A program made the translations under genes and the position numbers. A DNA stretch of 64,000 nt from Thermoanaerobaculia bacterium (GTDB lineage Bacteria; Acidobacteriota; Thermoanaerobaculia; UBA5066), in NCBI GenBank assembly GCA_038245905.1, contig JBBRRY010000009.1, positions 26,729 through 90,728 on the forward strand. The letters are read 5' to 3'. Below the pieces are notes generated by a model, which searched no databases, was not told the DNA's origin, and saw only the letters and a program-made list of their open reading frames with translations. Positions 1 to 10,238 of this stretch are shown in pieces; the first letter of the stretch is position 1, and each line of letters begins with the position of its first letter.

Positions 1-401
1 CGCGCATCGACGTGAGCGACCTCCCCGCCGCCGTGCGCGGCCGCGCTGCGGCTTCACCGGCCGGAACCGGTGCGGCCGTGAAGCCTCGCTCGGGTGAGTG
101 GTCCGCGGTCCGGCCTGTCCCCGTCGCGCTTTCAGAACCGGCCGCCACGGCTCCTGTCGCGGTCGTGGATGCGCCCGAGGAATCCGCCCCAGCGTCCGTC
201 GCGACGCTCGTCGGCAAGACGATGGCCGAAATCGAGCGCGAGGCCATCCTCACGGCCCTGCAGGTCACGGGCGGCAACCGCCGCCGCGCTGCGGAGTCGC
301 TCGGCATCGGCCTGCGCACTCTTCAGAGGAAGCTCAAGGAATATCACGGCGAGCCCGTGGGCGAAGACGACGAGGACCTCGGCGACGAAACGGGGCCCTG
401 A
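1..401 (+). CDS. Sigma-54-dependent transcriptional regulator, C-terminal Fis-type HTH (5'-partial)
   Basis: TMAEIEREAILTALQVTGGNRRRAAESLGIGLRTLQRKLKEY is a typical NtrC-family HTH_8 C-terminus. The ORF runs off the left edge. Confidence 0.85.
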   Translation, partial: RIDVSDLPAAVRGRAAASPAGTGAAVKPRSGEWSAVRPVPVALSEPAATAPVAVVDAPEESAPASVATLVGKTMAEIEREAILTALQVTGGNRRRAAESLGIGLRTLQRKLKEYHGEPVGEDDEDLGDETGP

Positions 402-404
402 GGG

Positions 405-941
405 TCAGCTCGACTTGAGGGCCGCGATGGCGGCCTGTCCCGCGTCGTAACTGCTCCGCATGACTCTCGAGATCATGGTCTCGAGCTGCGCCTTCTTTTC
501 CATCATCTGCTGCAGCAGAAGCGCGTCCTGCTTGCCCATCTCGTTGAGCGAGTCCTTGGAGTCTTTCAGGTGGTCTCGAATCACGAGCGTGCTCTCGAGA
601 TCCTTCGCGGTCTGGTAGAGGGCCATCGCCGCGAGAAGGTCCGCCTGCGCCGGAGTGAGCGTTGGAACGGCGGAGGTGAACCGCTGTCGCGCGTCCGCCG
701 CGACCATGAACAGGTCGATCTTCGGCATCGGTCGCAGCTTGCGAGCCTCCACGTCCACCCACTCCCTCACCGCGGGCGAGGCCTTCGCGAAGAGGGCGCT
801 CATCTTCGAGACGACGTCCGGAGACATCGGGTGAACGACCGGAGCGGGCCTGGCAGCGGCGGGCGCTGCTGCCACGGCTGACACGGCCACGAAAAAGCCG
901 GCGCCGAGGAGGAGTGAAGGAAGGAATCTCGTCGGCGTCAT
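405..941 (-). CDS. Secreted hypothetical protein with amphipathic helical C-terminus
   Basis: N-terminal signal peptide (MTPTRFLPSLLLGAGFFVAVSAVAAA), host-like codon usage, TAAGGT 5 nt before ATG. Confidence 0.75.
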   Translation of the reverse strand: MTPTRFLPSLLLGAGFFVAVSAVAAAPAAARPAPVVHPMSPDVVSKMSALFAKASPAVREWVDVEARKLRPMPKIDLFMVAADARQRFTSAVPTLTPAQADLLAAMALYQTAKDLESTLVIRDHLKDSKDSLNEMGKQDALLLQQMMEKKAQLETMISRVMRSSYDAGQAAIAALKSS

Positions 942-1049
942 GCAGAACCTTACAGGGTCTCATCGTCCCTCTTTGCCGCCCGGGCGTGTGTGACGGGCGA
1001 CACGCATCCGTTCCGGAAGTCGGTATCCTTGTCAGGACAGGAGGAGCCG

Positions 1050-1265
1050 ATGGACATCCCGATGAAGGTCTACGTGACCTGCCCGATGGCGGAGCTCAAG
1101 CAGGTTCCCGGGATGCTCATCTCCGTCTCGCCACACGGCTTTTACGAGATCAACCTGAATTACGGCTCGAATACCCACCTCATCCTGCTGCCGGTCGTCG
1201 CGACGACGCTGACCGCGCAGGAGCCCGTTCTCACGCCGCCGCCGAGCTTCGAGGTCGAGCGCTAG
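1050..1265 (+). CDS. Small hypothetical protein (71 aa)
   Basis: RBS AGGAGGAG before ATG 1050, TATCCT -10 upstream, high-GC3 codons. Confidence 0.75.
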   Translation: MDIPMKVYVTCPMAELKQVPGMLISVSPHGFYEINLNYGSNTHLILLPVVATTLTAQEPVLTPPPSFEVER

Positions 1266-1271
1266 GGAAGG

Positions 1272-3524
1272 TCATTCGGCTTCGGCCGCGACGGTTTCTT
1301 CGCTCTTCTCGAAGGCCTCGGCGCCGCGGCGCTCGAACGCGTCGACCGCCTTGAGGACCCGGCGGCGCGCATCGTCCACGAAAGTGGTTTGCGCGTCGAT
1401 CGGTGTCTCGCCCTCTGCGGGCCGGAGCCGCTCGTACGTTCCGCTTTCGTTCAGCACGCGCGCACGGACGTTGTCCTTGAGCATCGTGTCGATCACGTCG
1501 ACGACCTGCTGCGCAAGCGCGAGCTCCTCCACGGGAAAGGACGTCTCCACGCGGCGGAAGAAGTTACGCGGCATCCAGTCGGCCGAGGAGAGCCACACCT
1601 TCCGGTCGCCCCCGTTCTCGAAGACGAACGTGCGGCTGTGCTCGAGGAACCGGCCCAGAATGGACCGCACGCGGATCGTCTCCGAGACGCCCGGTACGCC
1701 GGGCTTCAGGCAGCAGATGCCGCGGACGATGAGGTCGATCGGCACGCCGGCCTGCGAGGCCTCGTAAAGGGCGGCGATGACCTTCGGGTCCACGAGGGCG
1801 TTCATCTTGGCCTTGATGCCCGAGGGGCGACCCGCGCGCGCGTGCGCCGTCTCGCGCCCGATCCATTCGAGGACCGTGCGGTGCATGTCCTTCGGCGCGG
1901 TCACGAGGCGCGCGTAGCTCGTCCGGCCCGCGAAACCCGTCAGGGCGTTGAAGAGGCGCGTCGCGTCCTCGCCGAACTCCGGGCGGCACGTCATGAGGCC
2001 GAAATCCGTATACAGGCGCGCCGTCGACGCGTTGTAGTTGCCGGTGCCGAGGTGTACGTAGCGGCGGATCTCGTCCTTCTCGCGGCGGACGACGAGCGCG
2101 ATCTTGCAGTGCGTCTTGAGGCCGACGACGCCGTAGACCACGTGGACGCCGGCCTGCTCGAGCGACTTCGCCCACTCGATGTTCTTCTCTTCGTCGAAGC
2201 GCGCCTTCAGCTCCACGAGGACCGCGACCTGCTTGCCATTCTCGGCCGCGCGGATGAGCGCGGGGAGGATGGCCGAGTCCGCGTTCGTGCGATAGAGAGT
2301 CATCTTGATCGCGACGGTCTTCGAGTCGACCGAGGCGCGCTCGATCATCTCCACGACCGGAGAGAAGGAGTCGTACGGGTGGTGAAGAAGGACGTCGCCG
2401 GCACGAATCGCGGCGAAGACCGACGTGTCGGGCTGGTTGAAGACCGCCGGCACAGCGGGCGAGAAGGGCGGATCCTTCAGCTCCTTCCGGTCGAGCCGGG
2501 TCAGCCACATGAGGTCGCCCGCGCCGAGCGGGCCGTCCACCTCGTAGACCTCGTTCTCGGTGATCTCGAGCTGCTTCAGGAGGAGCTTCCTCACCCTCTT
2601 GGGCGCCTTCGGAGCGACTTCGAGGCGCACGACCGCACCGAACCGCCGGCGGCGCACTTCCTGCTCGATCGTCGCGAGGAGGTCGGAGGCCTCGTCCTCC
2701 TGGATCTCGATGTCGGCGTCGCGCGTCACGCGAAAGAGATGCGACGACGCGATCTCGAGGCCGGGAAAGAGCTCCCCGAGGTTTGCCTGGATGAGCGATT
2801 CGAGGAGGAGGAACTCGGCCTTGTCGGGCTTGACCTTCTTCTTGCCCTCCACGAGCTCGCGAACCGCGAGCAGGCGCGGCATGGCCTGCGGCACCTTCAC
2901 GCGGGCGAATTTAGTCTCGCCGGTCTCGGGGTTCTTCACCTCGACCGCGAGGTTCAGGGAAAGGTTCGATAGAAACGGGAAAGGATGCCCCGGGTCTACC
3001 GCGAGCGGTGTGAGCACGGGCAGGACGTTCCGCCGGAAGTGGGCGCTGGCCGCCTCGCGCTGGATGTCGTTGAGGTCGCTCCAGGTGAGGATCGAGATTC
3101 CCGCCGCGGCGAGCTTCGGCAGGATGTCGCTGACGAGGCACGAGGTCTGCCGCAATTGCATTCCCTGGACGGCCGCACGGACGCGCACGAGGGCCTCCGC
3201 GGGAAGGAGGCCGTCGTCCGTCGGCTCCACGATCTCCGAGGAGAGCTGGTCGAGGAGGCCCGAGACGCGGATCATGAAGAACTCGTCGAGGTTCGTCTCG
3301 CTGATCGCGAGGAACTTGAGGCGCTCGAGGAGCGGCCAGCGTTCGTCGTAGGCTTCCTCGAGCACGCGCTCGTTGAAGGCGAGCCAGGAGAGCTCGCGGT
3401 TCAGGAGTGGAAGCGTGGGCGCAGCTTCGGCCGAGACCGTGGCCGGCTGCGGCGCAGCCGACTCGTCCAGGACGAGCCTCAACGGGCGTCTTTTTCTCGG
3501 TCTTTGCTCGTCTCGGCGAATCAT
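1272..3524 (-). CDS. ppk1: Polyphosphate kinase 1
   Basis: NRELSWLAFNERVL, NLDEFFMIRV, LHHPYDSF, KARFDE, HLGTGNYN, SADWMPRN motifs. Confidence 0.97.
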   Translation of the reverse strand: MIRRDEQRPRKRRPLRLVLDESAAPQPATVSAEAAPTLPLLNRELSWLAFNERVLEEAYDERWPLLERLKFLAISETNLDEFFMIRVSGLLDQLSSEIVEPTDDGLLPAEALVRVRAAVQGMQLRQTSCLVSDILPKLAAAGISILTWSDLNDIQREAASAHFRRNVLPVLTPLAVDPGHPFPFLSNLSLNLAVEVKNPETGETKFARVKVPQAMPRLLAVRELVEGKKKVKPDKAEFLLLESLIQANLGELFPGLEIASSHLFRVTRDADIEIQEDEASDLLATIEQEVRRRRFGAVVRLEVAPKAPKRVRKLLLKQLEITENEVYEVDGPLGAGDLMWLTRLDRKELKDPPFSPAVPAVFNQPDTSVFAAIRAGDVLLHHPYDSFSPVVEMIERASVDSKTVAIKMTLYRTNADSAILPALIRAAENGKQVAVLVELKARFDEEKNIEWAKSLEQAGVHVVYGVVGLKTHCKIALVVRREKDEIRRYVHLGTGNYNASTARLYTDFGLMTCRPEFGEDATRLFNALTGFAGRTSYARLVTAPKDMHRTVLEWIGRETAHARAGRPSGIKAKMNALVDPKVIAALYEASQAGVPIDLIVRGICCLKPGVPGVSETIRVRSILGRFLEHSRTFVFENGGDRKVWLSSADWMPRNFFRRVETSFPVEELALAQQVVDVIDTMLKDNVRARVLNESGTYERLRPAEGETPIDAQTTFVDDARRRVLKAVDAFERRGAEAFEKSEETVAAEAE

Positions 3525-3619
3525 GAGGGCGTCTCGGGCGGGGAGCGAGGATACGCTTCCGGAGCGCCGCGCGCGTCAAGAGGGTCTCGTGCTCCCGTAT
3601 CTCATTCCAGAAAAACGGC

Positions 3620-4903
3620 TTAGGAGCCATCTCCGTGGGACGGCTGATGCTCGGGGCGGAGGAGGTCGAGGATCGTCTTGACTGGCGCGAACGTCTCCCC
3701 GGGCACCTCGACGAAGACCGTCTCCCAGTGCGCCATGGCCCCGTTCCAGAGCCCGGGCCTCTCGAGAGCGAGGAGCGCCCGGCCCTCGTGGGTTTTTTTC
3801 GCGACGAAGACAGCCTTCTCGTCCACGAAGCGCGAGAGTTCGAACGGCCGGCCGGCCCCGTCGCGAATCGAGCAGACGAGGTCCACCGGGTTGAAGTGGG
3901 TCGCCCTGCCCCAGATCGCCGCCTGTCCTGAATCCGCGAGGTCCACCTGCGCCGACTCGACGATCTGCCGCGACTCTCCGTCTGGCCCGTCGACCCAGAA
4001 CGGCCCGCCGCCCGGCTCGCCCGTGTTGCGCACCACGCCCGCGATGCGGAGCGGACGGTCCCGCGGGCGCCGACGCTCGATCTTCACGAGAAGGCCGCTG
4101 AGGAGCCGCTTCCAGAGAATCGTCGGCGCGCGGAGGTGGTCGGGGACGACGTTGTCGATGTTCTTCACGAGCACGACGTCGCCGCCGGTCTCCTGCAGGT
4201 TCCGGAGGAGGGCGCCGTGGCCGCCGGGCCGCAAGAGGATCCGCCCCTCCGCATCCCGGAAGAGGCGCCCGGACTCGTCGAGCGCGACGGTGTCGGTGGA
4301 CGGCGACTGCTCGGAGAACCTGACGTCGAAACGCGCGCCCGTCTCGCGCTCGAGGCGCGGCCTCGCGCTCTCGAGAGCCGACGCGAACGCGGCGCGGTGG
4401 TCGGGAGAGACGGTGACGTGAAGGCGGCAGACGCCGTTCGCGTCGCGGACGGTCGCCGCGGCTTCGGCGAGGTGCTCCTCGAAAGGCGTCCGGGACGCTT
4501 CACCATAGCGATGGAAAGGCAGCAGGCCCTTGGGGAGCGCGGCGAGCGTATCCACGTTGTCCGCCGAAAATGCGAACCTGTGCCGGTTCTCCTCGAAACG
4601 GCGCACGTCCTCGTCGCCGGGGCCGGAGGACTTCAGGAACGCGAACATGCGGCTTGCGGCTCCGGACGCGGGCACGAACTTCGAGAGCCGTCCGGCGTGC
4701 GCCGCCTCGTCGGCGAGGGCGAGGAGCTCGGGGTATTCACTTTCGGCGATCCTCTCGACGCCCTCCGAGATCGTGCACGGACGCACGAGCCGAACGGCGG
4801 GCGGAGGGTCGCGAAGGAGAGCCGCCTGCCGCTCGACCTCATTGGTCGTCAGACCGCTCGCGGCGATCCGGTCCTGGTCGGCGGGAGAAAGCTCCACGTG
4901 CAT
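3620..4903 (-). CDS. DUF4301 family protein (nucleotidyltransferase-like)
   Basis: KFVPASGAASRMF, RPGGHGALL, KNIDNVV, GEPGGGPFWV, HFNPVDLVC, LERPGLWNGAM, FAPVKT, LLRPEHQ. Confidence 0.88.
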   Translation of the reverse strand: MHVELSPADQDRIAASGLTTNEVERQAALLRDPPPAVRLVRPCTISEGVERIAESEYPELLALADEAAHAGRLSKFVPASGAASRMFAFLKSSGPGDEDVRRFEENRHRFAFSADNVDTLAALPKGLLPFHRYGEASRTPFEEHLAEAAATVRDANGVCRLHVTVSPDHRAAFASALESARPRLERETGARFDVRFSEQSPSTDTVALDESGRLFRDAEGRILLRPGGHGALLRNLQETGGDVVLVKNIDNVVPDHLRAPTILWKRLLSGLLVKIERRRPRDRPLRIAGVVRNTGEPGGGPFWVDGPDGESRQIVESAQVDLADSGQAAIWGRATHFNPVDLVCSIRDGAGRPFELSRFVDEKAVFVAKKTHEGRALLALERPGLWNGAMAHWETVFVEVPGETFAPVKTILDLLRPEHQPSHGDGS

Positions 4904-4910
4904 CGCTCTC

Positions 4911-4920
4911 AGGATAACCT
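4911..4920. promoter_or_regulatory. Symmetric bidirectional -10 element (AGGATAACCT)
   Basis: TAACCT on + is 6 nt before the ppa ATG. TATCCT on - is 7 nt before the DUF4301 ATG. The 23-nt gap has no RBS. Confidence 0.6.
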
Positions 4921-4926
4921 TGCGTC

Positions 4927-5544
4927 ATGGACGTCCCGGCGCAGTTCGCGGCCCACCCGTGGCACGGCGTGGATCCCGGCCCCGATTTTCCCGGGGCGTT
5001 CACGGCCTTCATCGAGATCGTCCCGACGGACACGGTGAAGTACGAGCTCGACAAGGCGACCGGCATCCTCAAGGTCGACCGGCCGCAGCTTTTCTCGAAC
5101 GTGTGCCCAACGCTCTATGGTCTCGTCCCGCGAACGTTCTGCGGGCCCCGTGTCGCCAGGCTCTGCGAGGACAAGACGGGCCGCTCGGGTCTCAAGGGCG
5201 ACGGCGATCCGATGGACGTCTGCGTCCTTACGGAGAAGCCCATCACGCATGCGCAGATCCTCGTCCTGGCCGTTCCGATCGGCGGCCTCAGGATGCTCGA
5301 CAACGACGAGGTCGACGACAAGATCCTCGCGGTCCTGAAGGGCGATGCTGTGTACGGCGCCCTCACGGACGTCGCGGAGATGCCGGGGTCCCTCGTGGAC
5401 CGGCTGCGTCACTACTTCCTGACATACAAGCAGAAGCCCGGCGGGTCGACGCCGGCCGTCGAGATCACGCACGTCTACGGCCGCGACGAGGCTCTCTCGG
5501 TCCTCGAGGCCAGCCGCGACGACTACCGCGCCCGCTTCGGCTGA
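4927..5544 (+). CDS. ppa: Inorganic pyrophosphatase (family I)
   Basis: HPWHG, VKYELDK, DGDPMDV, DDKILAV motifs. Confidence 0.95.
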   Translation: MDVPAQFAAHPWHGVDPGPDFPGAFTAFIEIVPTDTVKYELDKATGILKVDRPQLFSNVCPTLYGLVPRTFCGPRVARLCEDKTGRSGLKGDGDPMDVCVLTEKPITHAQILVLAVPIGGLRMLDNDEVDDKILAVLKGDAVYGALTDVAEMPGSLVDRLRHYFLTYKQKPGGSTPAVEITHVYGRDEALSVLEASRDDYRARFG

Positions 5545-5565
5545 GAGGCGCGGAGGCTCAGGCCC

Positions 5566-6462
5566 TCAGAGGTGCGCCGCTTCCCACGCCGCGAAGTACG
5601 TCTCGACCTCGTCCTCGAAGCCGCCGTGCGTGGGCTGCCAGCCGAGCCTCGCGACGGCCTTCCTCGAGTCTACGTGCTGATCGAGCGCGAGCGCGTCGGC
5701 GAAGCCGCCCATCTTCTTCCGCGCCTCGTCGAGCGGGACCCAGCGGATCTCTCCCGTGAAGCCGGCCGCGCGGGCGGCGGCGACGGCGAGACGCCGGACG
5801 GGCGCGCGTGAGCGGTCCGTCACGTTGAAAATCTCGCCCCCGAGACCGCTCGACGCCGCCCGCACGTATGCGTCGGCGCAGTCGTCGGCATGCACGGTCG
5901 CCCAGCGGTTGTGGCCGTCACCGGGCATCTCGAGAGATCCCGCGGCGGCCCCACCGAACAACATCGCGGTGATGCTTCCGCCGTAGCCGTACACGCAGCC
6001 CGGGCGCAGAACGATGCCCTTCACGCCCGCGGCCGACAGAACGCGCTTTTCGATCTCCACGCGCGGCAGGCTCATCGCGAGCGGCGCGAGGGGAGTCGTC
6101 TCGTCGGCGAGGCGGTCGCCCGTCGGGCCGTAAACCCAGACGCCGCTCGTGTAGAGGAGCGTCTTGGGAGACGCGCCCTTGCCGGCGAGCGCGAGAAGGC
6201 CCTCGACGGCGTCGCGGTCCGCGGCCCACACGTCGGCCTTAGAGTCAGAAGCCACGTGGACGAGGACGGACGCGTCCTGGGCGCCCTTCCATGAGCCGGG
6301 ATCCTGGATGGTTCCGAGGACGGGCCGGATCTCGTGCCGGTCGAGGCGGGTCGCCCCCGCCTCAGACCGCGTCAGGCCCAGAACGTGATGTCCCGCGCGC
6401 CGGAAGGCGTGCGCGACGCGGAATCCGAGGTGGCCGGTGGCACCCGTGATGAAGATTCTCAT
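5566..6462 (-). CDS. NAD-dependent epimerase/dehydratase family (atypical SDR)
   Basis: IFITGATGHLG Rossmann motif, YTSGVWVYG, VHADD. Confidence 0.88.
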   Translation of the reverse strand: MRIFITGATGHLGFRVAHAFRRAGHHVLGLTRSEAGATRLDRHEIRPVLGTIQDPGSWKGAQDASVLVHVASDSKADVWAADRDAVEGLLALAGKGASPKTLLYTSGVWVYGPTGDRLADETTPLAPLAMSLPRVEIEKRVLSAAGVKGIVLRPGCVYGYGGSITAMLFGGAAAGSLEMPGDGHNRWATVHADDCADAYVRAASSGLGGEIFNVTDRSRAPVRRLAVAAARAAGFTGEIRWVPLDEARKKMGGFADALALDQHVDSRKAVARLGWQPTHGGFEDEVETYFAAWEAAHL

Positions 6463-6494
6463 GAAGGTGAGCTTATCCTTCCCGCGGAGGCTTC

Positions 6495-6899
6495 ATGGCC
6501 ACCGATTCCAGAGACGTGCCGCCGGACGACCTGCACGGGATCGCGGAGGATCTCGGCATCCCGAAGGGCGAGCGGCACATTTTTCTCTGCTGCGAGCAGA
6601 CGAAGCCCAAGTGCTGCGAGAGAGATCGTGCGAACGAGGCCTGGGCCTTCCTGAAAGGACGCCTCACGGAGCTGGGCCTTTCGACGAGCGGCCACGTGCA
6701 ACGCACGAAAGCGAACTGCCTCAGGATCTGCGCCGGCGGGCCCATCGCGGTGGTTTATCCCGAGGGTGTCTGGTACCGCGCCTGTGACCCGCCCGTTCTC
6801 GAGCGGATCATCCAGGAGCATCTCTTGGGCGGGCGGCCCGTCCTGGAATTCGTGATCGTGGCGCACCCGTTGACCGGAGGCGGAGGCACCGGCTCGTGA
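6495..6899 (+). CDS. Thioredoxin-like [2Fe-2S] ferredoxin
   Basis: HIFLCC...CC...[20 protein letters not shown]...IIQEHL; RBS GGAGG. Confidence 0.9.
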   Translation: MATDSRDVPPDDLHGIAEDLGIPKGERHIFLCCEQTKPKCCERDRANEAWAFLKGRLTELGLSTSGHVQRTKANCLRICAGGPIAVVYPEGVWYRACDPPVLERIIQEHLLGGRPVLEFVIVAHPLTGGGGTGS

Positions 6900-6900
6900 G

Positions 6901-7443
6901 CTACTTCGCGATGAACTTCATCGCGGTCCCGTTCATGCAGTAGCGCAGACCCGTGGGCTTCGGCCCGTCGTCGAAGACGTGGCCGAGGTGGGCGTCGCAG
7001 CGGCGGCACATCACCTCTGTGCGGACGCTGAAGAAGCTCCGGTCCTCTTCCGTCTTCACCGCGTTCGGCGCGATCGGCTGCCAGAAGCTGGGCCAGCCGG
7101 TGCCGGACTCGAATTTCGCGCCGGCGTCGAAGAGCGGCAGATCACAGCAAACGCAGGCGTACGTTCCCTTCGAATGGTTGTCCCAGTTCGGGCCCGTGAA
7201 CGCGCGCTCGGTGCCCTTCTTTCTGGTGACGTGGAACTGCTCGGGTGTGAGGAGCTTCTTCCACTCGGCTTCGGTCTTGACGACCCGATCGCCGGGGGCG
7301 GCGGTATCCGGCATGGCGGATCCTTTCTGGACTGGGCTCTTTTCGGCGCCCGACGAGCCGATCGCGGCGAGCACGCCGGCGCCGACGAGGATCGGGAGGG
7401 TGAGGGCGAGGAAATCGCGGCGTCTCATGGGGGTCATGCTCAC
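6901..7443 (-). CDS. msrB: Peptide-methionine (R)-S-oxide reductase with putative Tat signal
   Basis: [34 protein letters not shown]; two CxxC; N-terminal RRRDFL plus hydrophobic stretch. Confidence 0.95.
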   Translation of the reverse strand: MSMTPMRRRDFLALTLPILVGAGVLAAIGSSGAEKSPVQKGSAMPDTAAPGDRVVKTEAEWKKLLTPEQFHVTRKKGTERAFTGPNWDNHSKGTYACVCCDLPLFDAGAKFESGTGWPSFWQPIAPNAVKTEEDRSFFSVRTEVMCRRCDAHLGHVFDDGPKPTGLRYCMNGTAMKFIAK

Positions 7444-7444
7444 A

Positions 7445-8908
7445 CTACGAAATGCGTTCCGCGCCCGGATTATTCCTTCCGGCGTCCGCGAGGATCTTCC
7501 GCGCCGCCTCCCGGAGGTCCTCGACGGCCATGCGGATGCGATCGGCGTGGGTCCGGAAGCTCAGGATGCACATGCGAATCGCGAAGTCCTCGCCGAGGAG
7601 CGTGCCCGTCAGGAGGACCCGCTGCCGGGCGTTCACTCGGTCCATGAGATCCCGGTTCATGCGATTCAGTTCGGCGCGCGAGGCGCCGGCGCCTGTGAGG
7701 CGGAACGCAAAGAGCGACAGCTGCGGCTCGGCCACGATCGTCATGCCGGGGATCCCCCGCACGCCTTCGGCCGCCTCCCTTGCGAGGTCGAGCTTCTCGT
7801 CGAGCGACGCGCGGAAGGCCGCGAGGCCGCACAACTTGATCGGGAGCCACACGCCGAGTCCCCGGAAGTTGCGCGAGAGCTCGGGCGAGATCTCGCAGAA
7901 GTCAACGGAGTCCGGGTCGTCCTGCATGCCAGGCATGTAGTGCGCGGAGACGCTGTGTGAGCGGCGGAGCGCGCCTGGGTCCTTCACGAGGAGACAGCCG
8001 GCTCCGTAAGGCATGAAGAGGCCCTTGTGCGGATCGAGCACGATCGAGTCGGCGCGCGCGAGGCCGAGGAGGGCCGCACGACCCCGCGTGGTCAGCGCGA
8101 AGAAACCTCCGTAGGCGGCATCGGCGTGCAGCCAGAGACCCTCGTCTTCCGCGAAGTCTGCGAGCGCGGCGAGATCGTCGACGGCGCCGGTGTTCGTCGT
8201 GCCCGCGCTCTCGACGACGAGGAACGGCGTGAACCCGGAGGCACGGTCCTCGGCCACTCGGTCCCGGAGGGCGTCGAGACGCATGCGGAACGCTGCATCG
8301 GACGGAATCTCGCGCACGTTCGCTGGGGGAAAGCCCGCGAGGAGCGCGGCCTTGCGGACGCAGTGGTGGCCCTGGTCGGACACGTAAAGCGTGCCCTTGA
8401 GAAAATTCTCGGGCAGCTTCTCGTGGCGGGCCGCGACGAGCGCGGAGAAGTTTGCAAGAGATCCGCCCGACGTCAGGAATCCGCCGGCGCTCTCTGGATA
8501 GCCCACGGCGCGCGCGAACCAGCGGATCACGTTCGTCTCGAGCTGGACGAGGGCCGGTGCCGGAGCGAAGACGCCCACGTAGCGGTTCACGGCCGACGAG
8601 ATGAGGTCCGCGGCCGCGGCGTAAGGCTGCCCGCCTCCGGGGATGTACGCGAGAAATCCCGGCCCGGCATTGTTGAAGCTCGCGGGAATCGCCTTCTCGA
8701 ACAGCAAGTCGAGGAGCGGTCCCGCGGGCGTGCCGTCCTCGGGTGGCTCCCGTTCGATCAGCGCACGTGCGAGGACCTCAGCCCCTGCGGTCCCGTCGGC
8801 GGGCTTGGAAGAAAGAGAGCCGACGTGAAGGACGACGCGCCGGACGGCCTCGTCGAGAACGGCGTGCAGCTCTTCGTCCGAGGGCTCGAGGGGGAAGAAC
8901 TGGGTCAT
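7445..8908 (-). CDS. Group II PLP-dependent decarboxylase (aromatic-amino-acid decarboxylase-like)
   Basis: [31 protein letters not shown] (PLP Lys). Start taken at ATG 8908 (MTQFF). Confidence 0.9.
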   Translation of the reverse strand: MTQFFPLEPSDEELHAVLDEAVRRVVLHVGSLSSKPADGTAGAEVLARALIEREPPEDGTPAGPLLDLLFEKAIPASFNNAGPGFLAYIPGGGQPYAAAADLISSAVNRYVGVFAPAPALVQLETNVIRWFARAVGYPESAGGFLTSGGSLANFSALVAARHEKLPENFLKGTLYVSDQGHHCVRKAALLAGFPPANVREIPSDAAFRMRLDALRDRVAEDRASGFTPFLVVESAGTTNTGAVDDLAALADFAEDEGLWLHADAAYGGFFALTTRGRAALLGLARADSIVLDPHKGLFMPYGAGCLLVKDPGALRRSHSVSAHYMPGMQDDPDSVDFCEISPELSRNFRGLGVWLPIKLCGLAAFRASLDEKLDLAREAAEGVRGIPGMTIVAEPQLSLFAFRLTGAGASRAELNRMNRDLMDRVNARQRVLLTGTLLGEDFAIRMCILSFRTHADRIRMAVEDLREAARKILADAGRNNPGAERIS

Positions 8909-8912
8909 GGCG

Positions 8913-10226
8913 TCAGGTGCCGAGGCGCGCCCGGATCTGCGCGGCGAGATCCGAGGCGACGGCGTCGACGAGCACGCTGTCCGCACCCTCGACCATGACG
9001 CGTGCAAGGGCCTCGGTGCCCGAGTAGCGCAGGAGGATCCGCCCATTGCCCGACATCCGCTCCTCGGCCGCGCGCCGCGCGTCGGCGAAGCCCGGGATCT
9101 CGTCGAAGGGGAGGCGCTCTCGGACCCTCACGTTCACGAGGACCTGCGGCGTGTGGACGAAGCGGGGCTGCTCCGAGAGCTTCTTCCCCGAGGCGGCGAG
9201 CAGCGCCGCGAGATGCAGTCCCGTCAGCGTGCCATCGCCCGTCGTCGTGAGATCGGCCCGGATGAGGTGCCCCGATTGCTCGCCGCCCAGGATCGCGCCG
9301 GTCTTCTCCATCTCCTCGACGACGTAGCGGTCGCCGACGGCCGCGCGGATGAGGCGGACCCCCCGGCGTCTCAGCGCACTCTCGAGCCCCCAGTTCGACA
9401 TGACCGTGCCCACGACGGCCGCGGGCTTGCGGCCCTCGCGCTCGAGCTCGAGAGTCCAGAGATACAGGACGTCGTCGCCGTCGAGGAGCGTCCCTTTGTC
9501 GTCGGCCACGATGATGCGGTCCGCGTCGCCGTCGAGCGCGATCCCGAGATCGGCGCTCGTCTCGACGACGGCGCGCGCCATGCCCGCGGGATGCATCGCG
9601 CCGCAGCCTTCGTTGATGTTCCGCCCGTCGGGCGCGATGTTCCGCGTGACGACTTCGGCGCCCGAGGCGCGAAACGCGGCGGGCGCGACCTCGAAGGCAG
9701 CACCGTGCGCGGCGTCGACGACGACACGCAGGCCGTCGAGGCGGTGGGGAAGGCTGCCCGCGAGGTGTGTCACGTAGGCCGGAGCGAGGGTCGCCTCGCG
9801 GGCGGCGCCCGCGGGCGCCGCAGAGGCCGCGGCCTCGATCCGCCGCTCGATCGCGGCCTCGACGTCGTCGGGGAGCTTGCGGCCCTCGCCGGAAAAGATC
9901 TTGATCCCGTTGTCCCGCCAGGGATTGTGAGAGGCCGAGATCGAGACTCCGGCGTCGGCGCCGAGCTTTCGCGTCAGCCAGGCCACGGCCGGTGTCGGGA
10001 CAACGCCGGCGAAACGCACCGAGCCGCCTTCCGCGATGATCCCTCCTGTGAGGGCGGCCACGATGCCCTCGGAGGATTCCCGCGTATCACATCCGACGAG
10101 GACCGAGGCGCCATGCCGTCCGAGAGACGTTGAGAGCGCGGCTCCCACTTTCGAGACCGTGGCCGCGTCGAGCGGCGGAACGCCGGCTTCGCCGCGGATG
10201 CCGTCGGTGCCGAAGAGAGGGCGCAT
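8913..10226 (-). CDS. glmM: Phosphoglucosamine mutase
   Basis: LFGTDGIRG, SASHNP, DGDADR, GGEQSGH, RYSGTE. Confidence 0.96.
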   Translation of the reverse strand: MRPLFGTDGIRGEAGVPPLDAATVSKVGAALSTSLGRHGASVLVGCDTRESSEGIVAALTGGIIAEGGSVRFAGVVPTPAVAWLTRKLGADAGVSISASHNPWRDNGIKIFSGEGRKLPDDVEAAIERRIEAAASAAPAGAAREATLAPAYVTHLAGSLPHRLDGLRVVVDAAHGAAFEVAPAAFRASGAEVVTRNIAPDGRNINEGCGAMHPAGMARAVVETSADLGIALDGDADRIIVADDKGTLLDGDDVLYLWTLELEREGRKPAAVVGTVMSNWGLESALRRRGVRLIRAAVGDRYVVEEMEKTGAILGGEQSGHLIRADLTTTGDGTLTGLHLAALLAASGKKLSEQPRFVHTPQVLVNVRVRERLPFDEIPGFADARRAAEERMSGNGRILLRYSGTEALARVMVEGADSVLVDAVASDLAAQIRARLGT

Positions 10227-10238
10227 CGAGGGCCGATG

